From: Curvularia clavata
Lineage: Eukaryota
Direction: 5' to 3'
DNA: 64,000 nt
NCBI GenBank assembly: GCA_023920165.1
Contig: CP089280.1
Coordinates: forward strand, 1,860,001 to 1,924,000
Numbering within the stretch: the first letter of the stretch is position 1; every line of letters begins with the position of its first letter. Below, piece by piece: positions 25,980 to 37,347 of the stretch. The notes under the pieces were generated by a model. It ran no database searches. It saw only the letters and a program-made list of their open reading frames with translations, and had not been told where the DNA came from. Position numbers and translations under genes: made by a program.

Positions 25980-26897
25980 ATGAAGCCAACGAATCCCACA
26001 CGATTAATCTGCTCGCTAAGAGGCCGTGTCTCACGGTCACAAAAATACCGCTCATTCGCCAGCCTCGCACCCCCGCGAATACTTTCCCCAATAGCGTCGC
26101 GGAGTATATCCACCACGACCCCAAAATCCCACAATCCCACATCGAACTCTACGGTTGACCCGACAGAGGTCTCCCACTTCAATGCGCTCGCCTCATCTTG
26201 GTGGGATCCTTACGGACCTTCACGACCCCTCCATCTCATGAATCCTCTCCGCCACGAATTCATAACGCGATGCCGCTCCACCACGGGGTCTCCTACACCA
26301 GGCCAGAAACTCCGCTACCTAGACATTGGATGCGGAGGCGGCATTTTCGCTGAGTCGGCAGCACGGCTACCAACTACAACGTCTGTCACAGCAATTGATC
26401 CTACGCCCCAAGTCCTGTCCATCGCTGAAGCGCATAAGCGACGCGACCCGGTGCTCATGTCGCCTGGAAAGCTCACATACCTCAACACCTCTATCGAGGA
26501 TTTCCCTCTCCCAAGCTCAGATACAGAGGCGTTCGATGTGGTGACGCTCTTTGAAGTCCTGGAGCATGTCAATGCTCCCGGACCGTTTCTGGAGCACATC
26601 TTGTCGCATGTGAAGCCTGGCGGATGGCTGATCATGAGCACAATAGCAAGGACATGGACAAGCTGGTTGGTAACGAATGTGATTGCCGAAGATGTGCTGG
26701 GGATGGTGCCCAAAGGTACACATGAATGGAGCAAATATGTCAACGAGGAGGAATTGAGGGCCTGGTTTGCAAAGCAGCCTGGCTGGGGCAATGTGAAGAG
26801 TATGGGCGTTATGTTCGTGCCTGGGCTGGGATGGAAGGAGGTTAGAGGGAGTGAGCAGTGGGGAAATTACTTTTTCGGTGTGAGAAAAGAGGCTTGA
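25980..26897 (+). CDS. COQ3: Ubiquinone biosynthesis O-methyltransferase, mitochondrial
   Basis: Arg/Ser-rich presequence, HFNALASSWWDP, LHLMNPLR, LDIGCGGG SAM motif, FEVLEHV, GTHEWSKY. Confidence 0.93.
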   Translation: MKPTNPTRLICSLRGRVSRSQKYRSFASLAPPRILSPIASRSISTTTPKSHNPTSNSTVDPTEVSHFNALASSWWDPYGPSRPLHLMNPLRHEFITRCRSTTGSPTPGQKLRYLDIGCGGGIFAESAARLPTTTSVTAIDPTPQVLSIAEAHKRRDPVLMSPGKLTYLNTSIEDFPLPSSDTEAFDVVTLFEVLEHVNAPGPFLEHILSHVKPGGWLIMSTIARTWTSWLVTNVIAEDVLGMVPKGTHEWSKYVNEEELRAWFAKQPGWGNVKSMGVMFVPGLGWKEVRGSEQWGNYFFGVRKEA

Positions 26898-27148
26898 AAA
26901 TACACGCAGCAACTATATAGATCATGTGATTGGTATAGGTTCAGTGGGAGCATGATACCCAGGAAATAATGTACAATATATGCGCCGCCCTCTTAGACGT
27001 GCTTGTAGCGCCTTCGCCTACTATTCCAACACGTACTGCGGAGCCAAACGCCCAGCAATGCTTCGTTACAAATCTCCGGATATATCCCATCTCCTCAACA
27101 TGAATGCTATCTATTCTCAATGCTTGCTTTGTATGCTCTTGCGCTTCT

Positions 27149-27628
27149 TCATGACTTGGTCGCAGATCTCTCCTCGAAAGGCGTTGGCATATTCCTATTC
27201 TGGTCCGTTGCGCCATTGGATGTCTCTACGATGTCATGTCCACCTGACAACTTCCATGCTCTCAAATAGTCCTCGCCGGTGAATCGCTTAGGGTAGTTTT
27301 GTGCCGTGCCCGAGTCCAAGTCTCGTACCTTTTCTAGACTTGCATCCACGAAGGGTGTCAACTACCAACTGTGAGCCGCTCATCCCTCTTATCCGCCAGT
27401 CGGCCACAATGCGTTCTGGCACTTGCCACATACCTCGCTGTTCTTGGTTCCATGAATTGGATACACGTATGTCCGTATCTTGCTCCAGTCGGGTGTGAAG
27501 TTGCCGTATTTGTTAATTGTGCCCATGGATCCAACACGGTTTCCCTTGTAGTATTCCTTGCCGGCCTGCTTCGGTGAGAGCGGCAGACGCCGCAGCATCT
27601 TCTGGAGAGAGGGCGTGGGTTTGAACAT
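27149..27628 (-). CDS. MRPL27: Mitochondrial ribosomal protein L27 (mL41), 2 exons
   Basis: MFKPT..LRRLPLSPKQAGKEYYKGNRVGSMG..DWSKIRTYVYP. Intron about 27362-27433, then LTPFV. Confidence 0.88.
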
Positions 27629-27818
27629 GGCGGCGGTTCGCTCGTTGCCGTGCGATAATGCGAGCAATGCGACAGCGACGTTATTCGCAAAGGTTGATTG
27701 CCCGCTGCGGAGTTCGCGCGGAGGTGGCACGGGCCAACGCTCGAAAAAAGTGCAGCCAAGATTTCGACTTTTGGTTTTGCCCGCCGCAGCGACACTCTAC
27801 TGCAACCACAACACCAAG

Positions 27819-30809
27819 ATGCCGCCTCGAGTAGCAAGAAGCTCGATGCAGAGCGGCGGATCTTCTGCAAAGGGCCGTTCCAACACACGAAACCCCAAGA
27901 AGGCGCAGAAGCGAGCCCTTGACGCCTACGCCATCGCTGAACATGAGAATCTCGATAGCCCGAAGATTCGCAAGAACCGCCTAGGCGAGTTCGATCCCGC
28001 GTTCAACAGGAAGCGAGCACGCGACGAGGACGACGAGGAAGATGACGAGGAAGACGAAGACGAAGAGGGTGGACCGAAAAGGCGAAAGAGGAGAACGGGC
28101 GATGAGAGTTATGACGAAGGCAGCGACTCTGAGGGCAACACCTGGCAAATGGGACACGTAGACAACGATGACAGTGACGACAGCATCGACTCTGACGAAG
28201 CATTCGGCGACAGCGACGAAGAAAGGTTCGAAGGCTTTACGTTCCGAGGCAGCTCAAAGAGCCAAAAAAGCAAGCCGAAGAAGTCGAAGAGACAACAGGA
28301 CTTGGAGGACGAGGACGGTGACATTGATCTAGATGAGGGCGATAGTGCGGATGGTGAGGAAGAATACGATGAAGACGATCTAGGCGATGATGCTATTGAC
28401 TTGGCAACCGCGCTCGATCAGTACGAGGAGGATGAGGCGGAGGAGCGTAGGGAGAAGAAGAAACAGAAGAAGCGCGCTTTGGCGTCTGGTGATAGCGATG
28501 ACGAGCCTAGCGAAGGAGACGGCTCGGAATCTGACGAGCCATCTGACAAGGACAGCGAGGACGATGACGACGATGACTATCGGCAGTCACAGCTTCAAGA
28601 CCTGATCTCCTCGCTAGCATCCAAGGAAGATGACAACCCCAAGGGCAAGCGAGTCGAGATCCACGAGTCCGCCGCACCAGACGAATTCGGTGTTGCGAGA
28701 AAGGTGGACCTGCTCAGTCTCAAGCCTAAGGTCGCCGATGCAGAAAAGAAAAAGGCGCTTAAGCTACTTGAAGATGACAAGAACTCGAAGCGCAAGGATA
28801 TCGCGCGCAAGCTAGATGCACCCCTACCAAAGCGAGCACAGGACAAACTGGATCGTGCTGCTGCCAACGCTAAAGCGAACGAAACGCTCGACAGGTGGAC
28901 CGATACGATCAAGCGCAATCGTCGAGCCGAGCATCTCATGTTCCCTCTACAGAACCCTGGAGGTGATTCTATAGGAGAGAAGACGCTTCAGCCCACTACA
29001 ACAGCTGCGCCTGCAAACGATCTCGAAAGCACCATCCAGTCCATTCTTCAGCAAAGTGGTTTGTCGAACGGCAAGGAGGATGAGGAAAAAATACAAAAAT
29101 GGGAGGAGCTCCAAACAAACAAACTTCCTATGGAGGAGGTTCTCAAGCGCCGCGCTGAACTGCGTATGCAACGTGAGCTTCTCTTCCGTGAGGAGGTTCG
29201 CGCCAAGCGCATCAAGAAGATCAAGAGTAAGGCTTACCGACGTGTGCACCGAAAGGAGCGTGAAAGGATGTTGGAGAGGGAGCGAGAACAGCTCAAAGCG
29301 GACGGTGTTGACCTCTCAGAGGAAGAGCGGGAGTACAATGACCGCCGGCGAGCTGAGGAACGCATGGGTGCCAAACATCGCGAAAGCAAGTGGGCTAAGG
29401 GTATCAAGGCCACAGGGCGGGCAGCCTGGGATCAGGATGCGCTTGATGGTGTCACTGAGATGGCTAGGCGCAACGAGGAACTTCGTCGTCGTGTTGAGGG
29501 TAAGACCGTACGTGACGATGATGATGAGGGCTCCGATCTGCCAAGCGATGAAGATAGCGAAGACGAAGAATCCGATGAGGATGCACTTCAAAGATCCCTC
29601 GGCAAGCTGAAGGAGAACCCATTCTCAACCGGCAAGTCCAAGTTAGGAGAGATGGCTTTCATGCAGAGATCCGAAGCCGCCAGACGTGCTCAGAATGACG
29701 AGGCTGTCGAGAGCCTTCGCCGCGAGCTTGCTGGCGAGGACAGTGCTGAAGAAGAGATTGACGAGAATGCAACCAAGGCTGGACGAAGAAAATATGGTCC
29801 CAACGCCAACGTCGCCGCTCCAGCGATACAAATCGGTCGCAGCGAGTTTGAGGAGCATCCTGGATCAGATGAAGAGCGTCCTGTTGCACAGGACGAAGAG
29901 TCCGCACCAGAAACGACATCGAACAGGGCCCCTGCGCCGAAGAAGAATGGCCTCAGTGGTCTCTCTAATGGAGCACGTAAGGATCGCAACGCCACATCAG
30001 CACCAGCAGTGGAGACTGAAAGCGGTTCTTCCAATCCCTTCCTAGTCAAGGCAAAGAAGGAGAAGAAGGCTCCGAAGGAATCTGAGCTCCTGACTGTCAC
30101 AGAAGTCTCGAAGCCTTCAGTCCCAGAGAAGGCCGTCGCCGTGTCAAAACCAGCTGCGAAGCCAAAGTCTCAGCCCAAGTCAAAACAAGTTGAGAAGCCT
30201 CAAGAAACCAAAGTCGACGATTTCCTTAAGCAACGCGTTACTGCTGCTGACGACGATGGCTGGGCGACTGTGCTTGGCGGTCAAGACGACGATGATGATC
30301 AGGACAAGCAAGATATTGAAGATGAAGGCATTGATCTCGATATTGTTATGCGCAACCAGACCCTCACAGCCAAGGGCTTTGCGGGCGACGATGTAGTTGC
30401 TGAGTTTGATGCTGAGAAGAAGGCTACAATTGCTGAGGAAGAGACCACCGAAACCACTACCTATCTTCCTGGTTGGGGAGCTTGGACCGGTGAAGGCATG
30501 TCCAAAGCCGAGAAGCAGCGTAACCTTGGTGCCAAAACCGTAACCCACAAGCCCGGCATCGAAGCCAACAAGCGCAAAGACAAGAAGTTGGACAAGGTCA
30601 TCATCAACGAGCGGAAGGTCAAGCCTAACGTTAAGTATATGGCTAGCCAGCTGCCGTTCCCCTTTGAGACTAGAGAGCAGTACGAAAGGAGTCTGCGGGT
30701 GCCAAAGGGCAAGGAATGGGTTACCAAGAAGACACATCAGGATGTTACGAAACCGAGGGTTATTGTCAAGCAGGGCATCATCAAGCCGTTGCGGAAGCCG
30801 CTGGTATGA
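27819..30809 (+). CDS. UTP14: SSU processome (U3 snoRNP) component Utp14
   Basis: Acidic N-terminus, KRIKKIKSKAYRR, RAEERMGAKH, LPGWGAWTG, PFPFETREQYERSLRVPKGKEW, KPRVIVKQGIIKP. First ATG at 27819. Confidence 0.94.
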   Translation: MPPRVARSSMQSGGSSAKGRSNTRNPKKAQKRALDAYAIAEHENLDSPKIRKNRLGEFDPAFNRKRARDEDDEEDDEEDEDEEGGPKRRKRRTGDESYDEGSDSEGNTWQMGHVDNDDSDDSIDSDEAFGDSDEERFEGFTFRGSSKSQKSKPKKSKRQQDLEDEDGDIDLDEGDSADGEEEYDEDDLGDDAIDLATALDQYEEDEAEERREKKKQKKRALASGDSDDEPSEGDGSESDEPSDKDSEDDDDDDYRQSQLQDLISSLASKEDDNPKGKRVEIHESAAPDEFGVARKVDLLSLKPKVADAEKKKALKLLEDDKNSKRKDIARKLDAPLPKRAQDKLDRAAANAKANETLDRWTDTIKRNRRAEHLMFPLQNPGGDSIGEKTLQPTTTAAPANDLESTIQSILQQSGLSNGKEDEEKIQKWEELQTNKLPMEEVLKRRAELRMQRELLFREEVRAKRIKKIKSKAYRRVHRKERERMLEREREQLKADGVDLSEEEREYNDRRRAEERMGAKHRESKWAKGIKATGRAAWDQDALDGVTEMARRNEELRRRVEGKTVRDDDDEGSDLPSDEDSEDEESDEDALQRSLGKLKENPFSTGKSKLGEMAFMQRSEAARRAQNDEAVESLRRELAGEDSAEEEIDENATKAGRRKYGPNANVAAPAIQIGRSEFEEHPGSDEERPVAQDEESAPETTSNRAPAPKKNGLSGLSNGARKDRNATSAPAVETESGSSNPFLVKAKKEKKAPKESELLTVTEVSKPSVPEKAVAVSKPAAKPKSQPKSKQVEKPQETKVDDFLKQRVTAADDDGWATVLGGQDDDDDQDKQDIEDEGIDLDIVMRNQTLTAKGFAGDDVVAEFDAEKKATIAEEETTETTTYLPGWGAWTGEGMSKAEKQRNLGAKTVTHKPGIEANKRKDKKLDKVIINERKVKPNVKYMASQLPFPFETREQYERSLRVPKGKEWVTKKTHQDVTKPRVIVKQGIIKPLRKPLV

Positions 30810-31235
30810 GCGAGGTGAAAAGATTTTCCTTACTATTGCGACAATGAATCATAGCATTGTCGATTTGTTGTTATAAGTCATTCCCATGCAATTATGTCAC
30901 GTAGAAGCCAATACCACAACTGTTTCCTGGCTCTAGATCCTTCCGCGTCCACTTTTGGACTCAACTCAGAAGAATGCTAACCTTTTGGGCGCTTGTTTAT
31001 TCTCCTTTACTCATATGTGACCTCTTAACTATTCTACCGATTCTCAAACTATACATTACGAAAAGAACGTTCTTAGAACGACGCTTAGAGCTGGCGTAAT
31101 GAAATCAATCATGCATGTTACTTGTGACTGACCCAAACTACGGGCTTTCTTCGAGGTGCGCACAAGTCAAAGCTCCGCGATCAAATAATCGAAAAGCTTG
31201 ACGTTCTCCAACACTGGCTAACGCGCTCTGTGGAT

Positions 31236-31723
31236 ATGGCTCACCTTCGCGTGAGCAAATGCAACGAACATGAAAACGAAGCACTGGAGAAAGCCATGAA
31301 TATCGAATGTATCGAGCACGAATCGAGCAAAACATCCGACGAGGGCTCTGACAACGCTTCCGAGATGTCGAAGAAGAAAGGAACCAGCGTGGACGACAAG
31401 TCTCTTTTCGAGATAACTCGGCATGGCTTGCCGTAAATATCGCACAAAGCAGACCTCAACATCTCATCTGAAATTTTTGAAGAGATACTGCAGAGGTGGC
31501 TCCCTTCAGCTACATCGCGATATGTCTCTTAGTCGCCGCGTACAAAAGTGCGATGAACCGGGGGAAAGCAGAAGAGTGGGCAGAGACCATCTATGACGTT
31601 GTTTTCCTGGAATCAAAGTCTAGAGATATGCAAGAAATGCTCGCTATGACGGCCGAGCTTCTGAGCAAAGCCCTTGGGGCACTTAATAGGGAGGAATATG
31701 AACTCAAAATCTTCTATTTTTGA
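31236..31723 (+). pseudogene. Possible degraded fragment of a hypothetical helical protein
   Basis: Two short protein-like ORFs (31230-31436 and 31496-31723) in different frames. I found no splice that joins them in frame. Confidence 0.25.
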
Positions 31724-32355
31724 GTAGTCAGAAGCCTAGTACAACATTTGGCTTTTCAAAATATGCTGTATACATTTATCTGCCCAGGTTCAATTCCAGT
31801 TTTTCCAAATACAAGGATGCAGGAATACATGACGATGAATTCAAAAGTCGATAGCGAGCATGAAGCTTTGAAAATTCAAACACAGATCATAATACCCTGC
31901 TAGTGCGCAGTCTATCTGCCTAAGGAGTGATGATCATACAAGTTTCGGGCGAAGTTATTTACATACATAGTATCACTCGATCTGGTCACACACATTGCCA
32001 CAAAAGGGTCATCTTCCATGACTTTCCAGTTCTTTGTCGTATTCGACTCTATTCGCTCTCGGGACTTTACCGGGAGGTAGCAATGCCTGCTAAGCGGCAT
32101 CAGGGATGCATGGACTCCCCACTGCGCAACTGCGCAAAACATGGCAGTAGCCAGCAGATGAACCCCCATCACTTCCCAGCTCTTGCCTTATGACTTGACA
32201 ACTACAGATTCAACTGCCTACTGCCGCCAAACCTGGTCTACTGCTTCCTACATCACTATCAATCCTTTCACCTGATCACTGCAGCCGACCTCTTTTGTTT
32301 CCTAGACCTCTATCTCCACAAGTGCGCAGACTGCACACATCTCACGACACGCTAC

Positions 32356-34956
32356 ATGGGCCCAGCTCAATCCCGACCGACCGACATTCCCTCAAAAGAT
32401 TCAGAGCCTCACAAGAGAGAATCTCGTTTCGGACCATGGCGCGCTGCCCGCAACAGCATCAGAAGCTCCCTCGGCTACAACGCACCCAGCATCCCGGACG
32501 AAAGTACACCCGATGACATCTTCACGCCAATACAAGAAGACAGTATACTCCCACAGATACCTATCGGTCGCCACCACCCTGTACCTCTTAAAGGCGTGGA
32601 GGACGACGACATGAGAACCTTGCACACAAACAAGTTCTATGCCAATGCCTTTCTCGGAAAACAAGACCAACCAATCTGGACACATCCATACAGTCTCTGG
32701 TGGGGCAAAGGCCATGCAGAACCGGGTATGGTGCAGACGTGGGGTATGTGTGTGAGCCATGTCGAAGAGACTGACTTGATCTTTGAACCTGGTGAGCCTG
32801 CCAATAGCTACACCAATCCACCACACAGGCAAAACATTGTCCTTACCGCAGTCGAACTCGATGCTCGGACCACTCTCACTACTGATACGCATCTTCCCTT
32901 CTCTGTCAACATCACCCTCGGGCCTCGTTCGATTTCATATGGGCCAAAGATCACTTTCCCGGTTGTCCAAGGAATGGGCTTCATCACTGCTGGATACAGA
33001 GATGCAACACCGATGATACAGACCGGTGGCCGCGGCTTTGTGGATATGGTAGGTCCGACCATGCTAGGACGAACTGCCAAATACCGGCTCAACGACAAGG
33101 CTGGCCATCGTTGGATCGTCTATGTCAATCCTGTAATCGAGATTGACTACGATGCTGCGAAGTTTCGGTGGCTTGACAAGCACACGCTGCTCGGTCCACC
33201 AGGGTTCAAAGGCACGATTCAAGTAGCGAAGAATCCATTGGGGAATGAAGGAGAAGCAATGTACGATCGAGCGTCGGGCGCTTTCGTTTGTGAGGCTAAG
33301 CTCTCTGCTGTCGCATCGGACAGTAAAGCCAGCTATACGTTCAAGTATACCAAGATTGGTCGCTCTCCGTTGCTGATGTTTATCCTACCGCACCACGTAC
33401 AGTCCCTAGACCCAGACATGCGAACGCATATCACCAACCTGCAGTTACGCACGACGACGAAAGGTATGGCAACAGCAATTTGGGCTGAGCGCTTGACCTT
33501 CGTCGAACCAAACACACCTGTGACTATGCACTTCGGGCCCTGGAACCCTGCTATGGGCTCCAACACCAGTGTACGTTACCCGCCCGAAGTCCTTGCCCTG
33601 ATCACGGCTGTAGCAGAGCGCGACCTCCGCCGCGCAATGTCAGAGCGCATACCCCGAGAGACTGTGTACTATGCAGGCAAAGCCCTTGCTAAATTCGCGA
33701 CCATTGTATGGGCCATTAAAGACATTCTGAATCATGATGCGATTGCAAGCGCAGGCCTGACTCAACTCAAACATGAGTTTTCTAAATATGTCGAGAATCA
33801 ACAACGGCATGGGCTCTACTATGATGACAGCTGGAAGGGAGTCGTCTCGTCAGCCGGCTTTACAGACCCATCTGCTGACTTTGGGAACACGTACTACAAC
33901 GACCACCACTTCCATTATGCGTACTTCATCTACACAGCTGCTGTTATTGGGTACTTGGATCCAGAGTGGGTGTATCGAGGAGATAATAAAACGTGGACAA
34001 ATATGCTAGTCAAGGACTTTGCCGAAAGCGACTACAACAGCCGAGACTATCCGTTCTTCCGGGCGTTTGACTGGTGGCATGGTCATAGCTGGTCGAAAGG
34101 TCTGTTCGAAAGCCCTGATGGCAAGGACATGGAGAGTACTGGGGAAGATGCGTTTTCTAGCTTTGCAATGAAGATGTGGGGGAGAGTCATCGGGGATGTG
34201 AATATGGAAAAGAGAGGTAAGTTTCCGGCTTGTGAGGAGCGATAGGAAAAAAAAAGTAGAACTGACCGAAAGGGAACGAATAGGTAACCTAATGCTTGCT
34301 ATTCAGGCCCGCTCGTACAACACATACATCTATCTGCAGACAGGCAACCCGAATCATCCCGCCCGCTGCGTCCAAAGCAAAGTTTGCGGTACTTTGTTTG
34401 AGAACAAAGTCGACTATGCAAGTACGTATGCCTGGCATAGCACAACGTTCATGTGCTGTAAGCAGTGCACTTCAACATAAGCATGCTGCGTCAAGGGTCC
34501 ACCGAGGTTCAAGCTTTTCTGGCCGATAGAAGCATTGCTGACAGAAAGTGACGAAAAAGCATATTTTGGCCTCACGCCCGAACTTATCCACGGCGTGCAC
34601 ATGGCACCGATTTCCCCGGTCACGTCACTCATCCGCCCTCGGACATTTGTGAAAGAAGAGTGGGACATGTTGTTCAGTGAGGGGAGGGCAAATGTGGATG
34701 GTAGGCATCTTAATCCGCTGCTCCTTGAATCCGTTTACTTTTGAGAAATGTTGCTAAGTCGATGGAACCAACAGGCGGCTGGCGATCTGTTCTTTATGCC
34801 AATTTAGCAATTGTGGATCCCAAAGCAAGCTATGCGTTTTTCCGCGACGGAGTCGACGGGTTCTGGGATGAGCAGTGGATTGATGCCGGAGCGAGTCGGA
34901 CATGGTACCTCCTGTGGGCAGCGGCGCTGGTCGAGTTTGCCAAAGGCGGAAGATGA
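32356..34956 (+). CDS. GH81 endo-1,3-beta-glucanase (Eng1/Acf2-like) with no signal peptide, 4 exons
   Basis: [53 protein letters not shown] (catalytic acids retained), [21 protein letters not shown]. Introns about 34217-34283, 34422-34559 and 34701-34773. Confidence 0.92.
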
Positions 34957-35696
34957 TATGAGAAGCATTGGGCGAATCGGATGCAGCGGAGAGGCGATGA
35001 CGGGCGACAGGGCAGTGCAGAAGCTTGTTCTCGTTAACCTTGTTATTGTAATCAAGGGAGGCAGGTCAGTAGATTTGATTTCTTGCTGGCAGGGCCGTTG
35101 ATTGTCCGAGGCCTCGGGTCCGGCGACGGTCCGACGCAGTTTGGATGTGCGGATGAATACGAGTAGCAGTTGGCATATCCGCAAGGCCACAAGCACACAG
35201 CCACACGTCGCGATGAATTCTTTCTTTCAATTTCCAGTTCAATTTGTGCAATACACGTTTTGTTATTTGTCCTTATTGGACAAATACAGACCCGCCCCCA
35301 TGGACTCGACCCGCTTGGCGATCGAGCACGGACGGAACGGACGGACGCGATCGAGATCAGCCACACTTCGCTTGTTTCCGCAGCACTGCCACAAGCAGAG
35401 AAAACGCCAAGACTAGCTGCACCGCCCCACAGATACTCTTACAAGGGAAAAAGACAAGGAAACCCACCCAATACAACACAATGTAAGAAAAAAAAGGAAA
35501 CAGATGGCTAGGGAATTATACATAGGAAGAGAGCATGGGCACTCTGTACTTTATCTTGTACACAGACATAAGATGGGGAATTGGCGTTTCTGTTGCAGAT
35601 TTGTTCGACATCTAGCACTCAAATGCGCCTGGCTTGCAGGCTGCACACAGGCTTTTTGATGTATCAGAACAAAGGAAAAAACAAAAAGTTTGTCAT

Positions 35697-37347
35697 CTAG
35701 CTGACGGCAAAGAAGCGCCTGACGACATCGCTGGTGATGTTACCAGCGGCGTTGTCGGGGTAGATGTAAAAGGCGAGTGCAATGATGGCGTAGATGGCAA
35801 TGCACATGGCGCCCTCGAGGTAGTTGCTCTTTCCGTCCTGAATGAGGTAGTTGACAATCAAGACGGAGATAAAGAAGACCATGGTCTCGAAACCCTGGAA
35901 GTGCAGGGTCATGGGCTCGCGGATGATCCAGCCGAGGATGACGAGGAAAGGAGTGACGAAGAGGGCGATTTGCATCGAGGAGCCAATGGCAACGTTGATG
36001 GCGAGGTCCATCTTGCCCTTGTAAGCCACGACAACAGCTGTGACGTGCTCGGCGGCGTTTCCGACGATTGGAATCAAAATCAGACCGACGAACGTTTTGC
36101 TAATGTGTGCAGATTCAACAATGGAATCGATGCTGTCGACCAGGTATTCGGCGCAGATGGCGACAAGGACGGTGACGATGATCAATGCGATACCAGCGGC
36201 AGTGGGCGAAAGGATCTCGGGCTCTTCCTGGTCGCCACCTTCTTGGCTCTCGACATCAGCGAACAGGCTGTGGTGAGAGTAGAGCTGGAAGTAAAGGTAG
36301 AGGACGTAGATGACGAGCAGAATAATAGAGGTGCCATGGGAGAGGACGAGGATGTTCTTGTCCGTCTCCAAGTTGTCCTTTTGATTGTCGCCGTGCATGA
36401 CGGCATACAGAGTCGCAGGGATGATGAGCGACGCAGATGCGACAGCCATGAGTGAGGACATTGTGGATGCGACGGTTTCGTTGAAGCGGCTTTCTCTTTC
36501 TTTGATACCAGCGGCGAGGAAGCAGCATCCGAGCACCTAGAAGCAGTCAGATGTGTGAAGCGCGCGAAGTTTGCGAGATTTGACCTACAAGAAGAATGTT
36601 GGACAGAATGCTACCAAGCATGCTGGCCTGTACGACTCTGATTTCGCCCTGCTTGAGAGCGACGATGGATACCTGTCAAGGTCAGCGACTGCGAGGGGAC
36701 ATTGGATGCGCGCGCACTTACAATGAGTTCAACAGCATTTCCGAATGTCGCATTCATCAAGCCGCCGAGGGTTTGGCCGAGCTTTGCAGAGAGCTCTTCG
36801 GTCGCGAAGCTCAGAAGGGCAGCAAGCGGGATGATGGCAATGAAGTTGAGGATGAAGACAACCGTCGGGTTCCATGAGAGGATACCGGCAACGATGCCGA
36901 TGGGGACAAAGATGAGGAGGACGTTGACATAGTTGCTGGCGAGGGTGGCGTAGATGAGATGCAAGACGTGCTTGGGCAGTGTCTTGACGCGCGACTCGTT
37001 TGCGTAGTTCTGGGTACGACCGATGAGCGGGGTGTGCTCATCGTGGAAGCGGCCGTTGGCGGGCTCTGGCATCGTCTGCTGCTGGGAGTAACTGGAAGCG
37101 CGTCCGTGACGGTGAAAGTCTCTCTTTATGTTTTCTGCCAAGAAGGCGGGTCAGCGAGAGGGAGTGATAAGGCGACAAGAAGCACAACGGATGGAAAGTT
37201 GATGGTGGCTCTTGGTATGGGGCGCAGCCACGCAGTGTCGGCGGGTAAAGCAAGTGGCGGGTAGAAGCAGGGCCCGACAAGCGACAATGGTGTTGACAGA
37301 ACAAGGGCAGGAAAAATGAATCAAAAGGGCCGGGGAGACTCACTCAT
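35697..37347 (-). CDS. VCX1: Vacuolar Ca2+/H+ exchanger (CAX family), multi-exon
   Basis: Alpha repeats [10 protein letters not shown] and [29 protein letters not shown]. Probable first exon ATGA (37347-37344) spliced to 37134. Confidence 0.92.

Noticed and set aside
27558..27818. 87 aa N-terminal extension of the UTP14 ORF
   Set aside because: It starts at TTG and overlaps MRPL27. The first ATG is at 27819.
35634..36455. 273 aa acidic plus-strand ORF
   Set aside because: Antisense to VCX1. The Asp-rich composition mirrors hydrophobic codons on the other strand.
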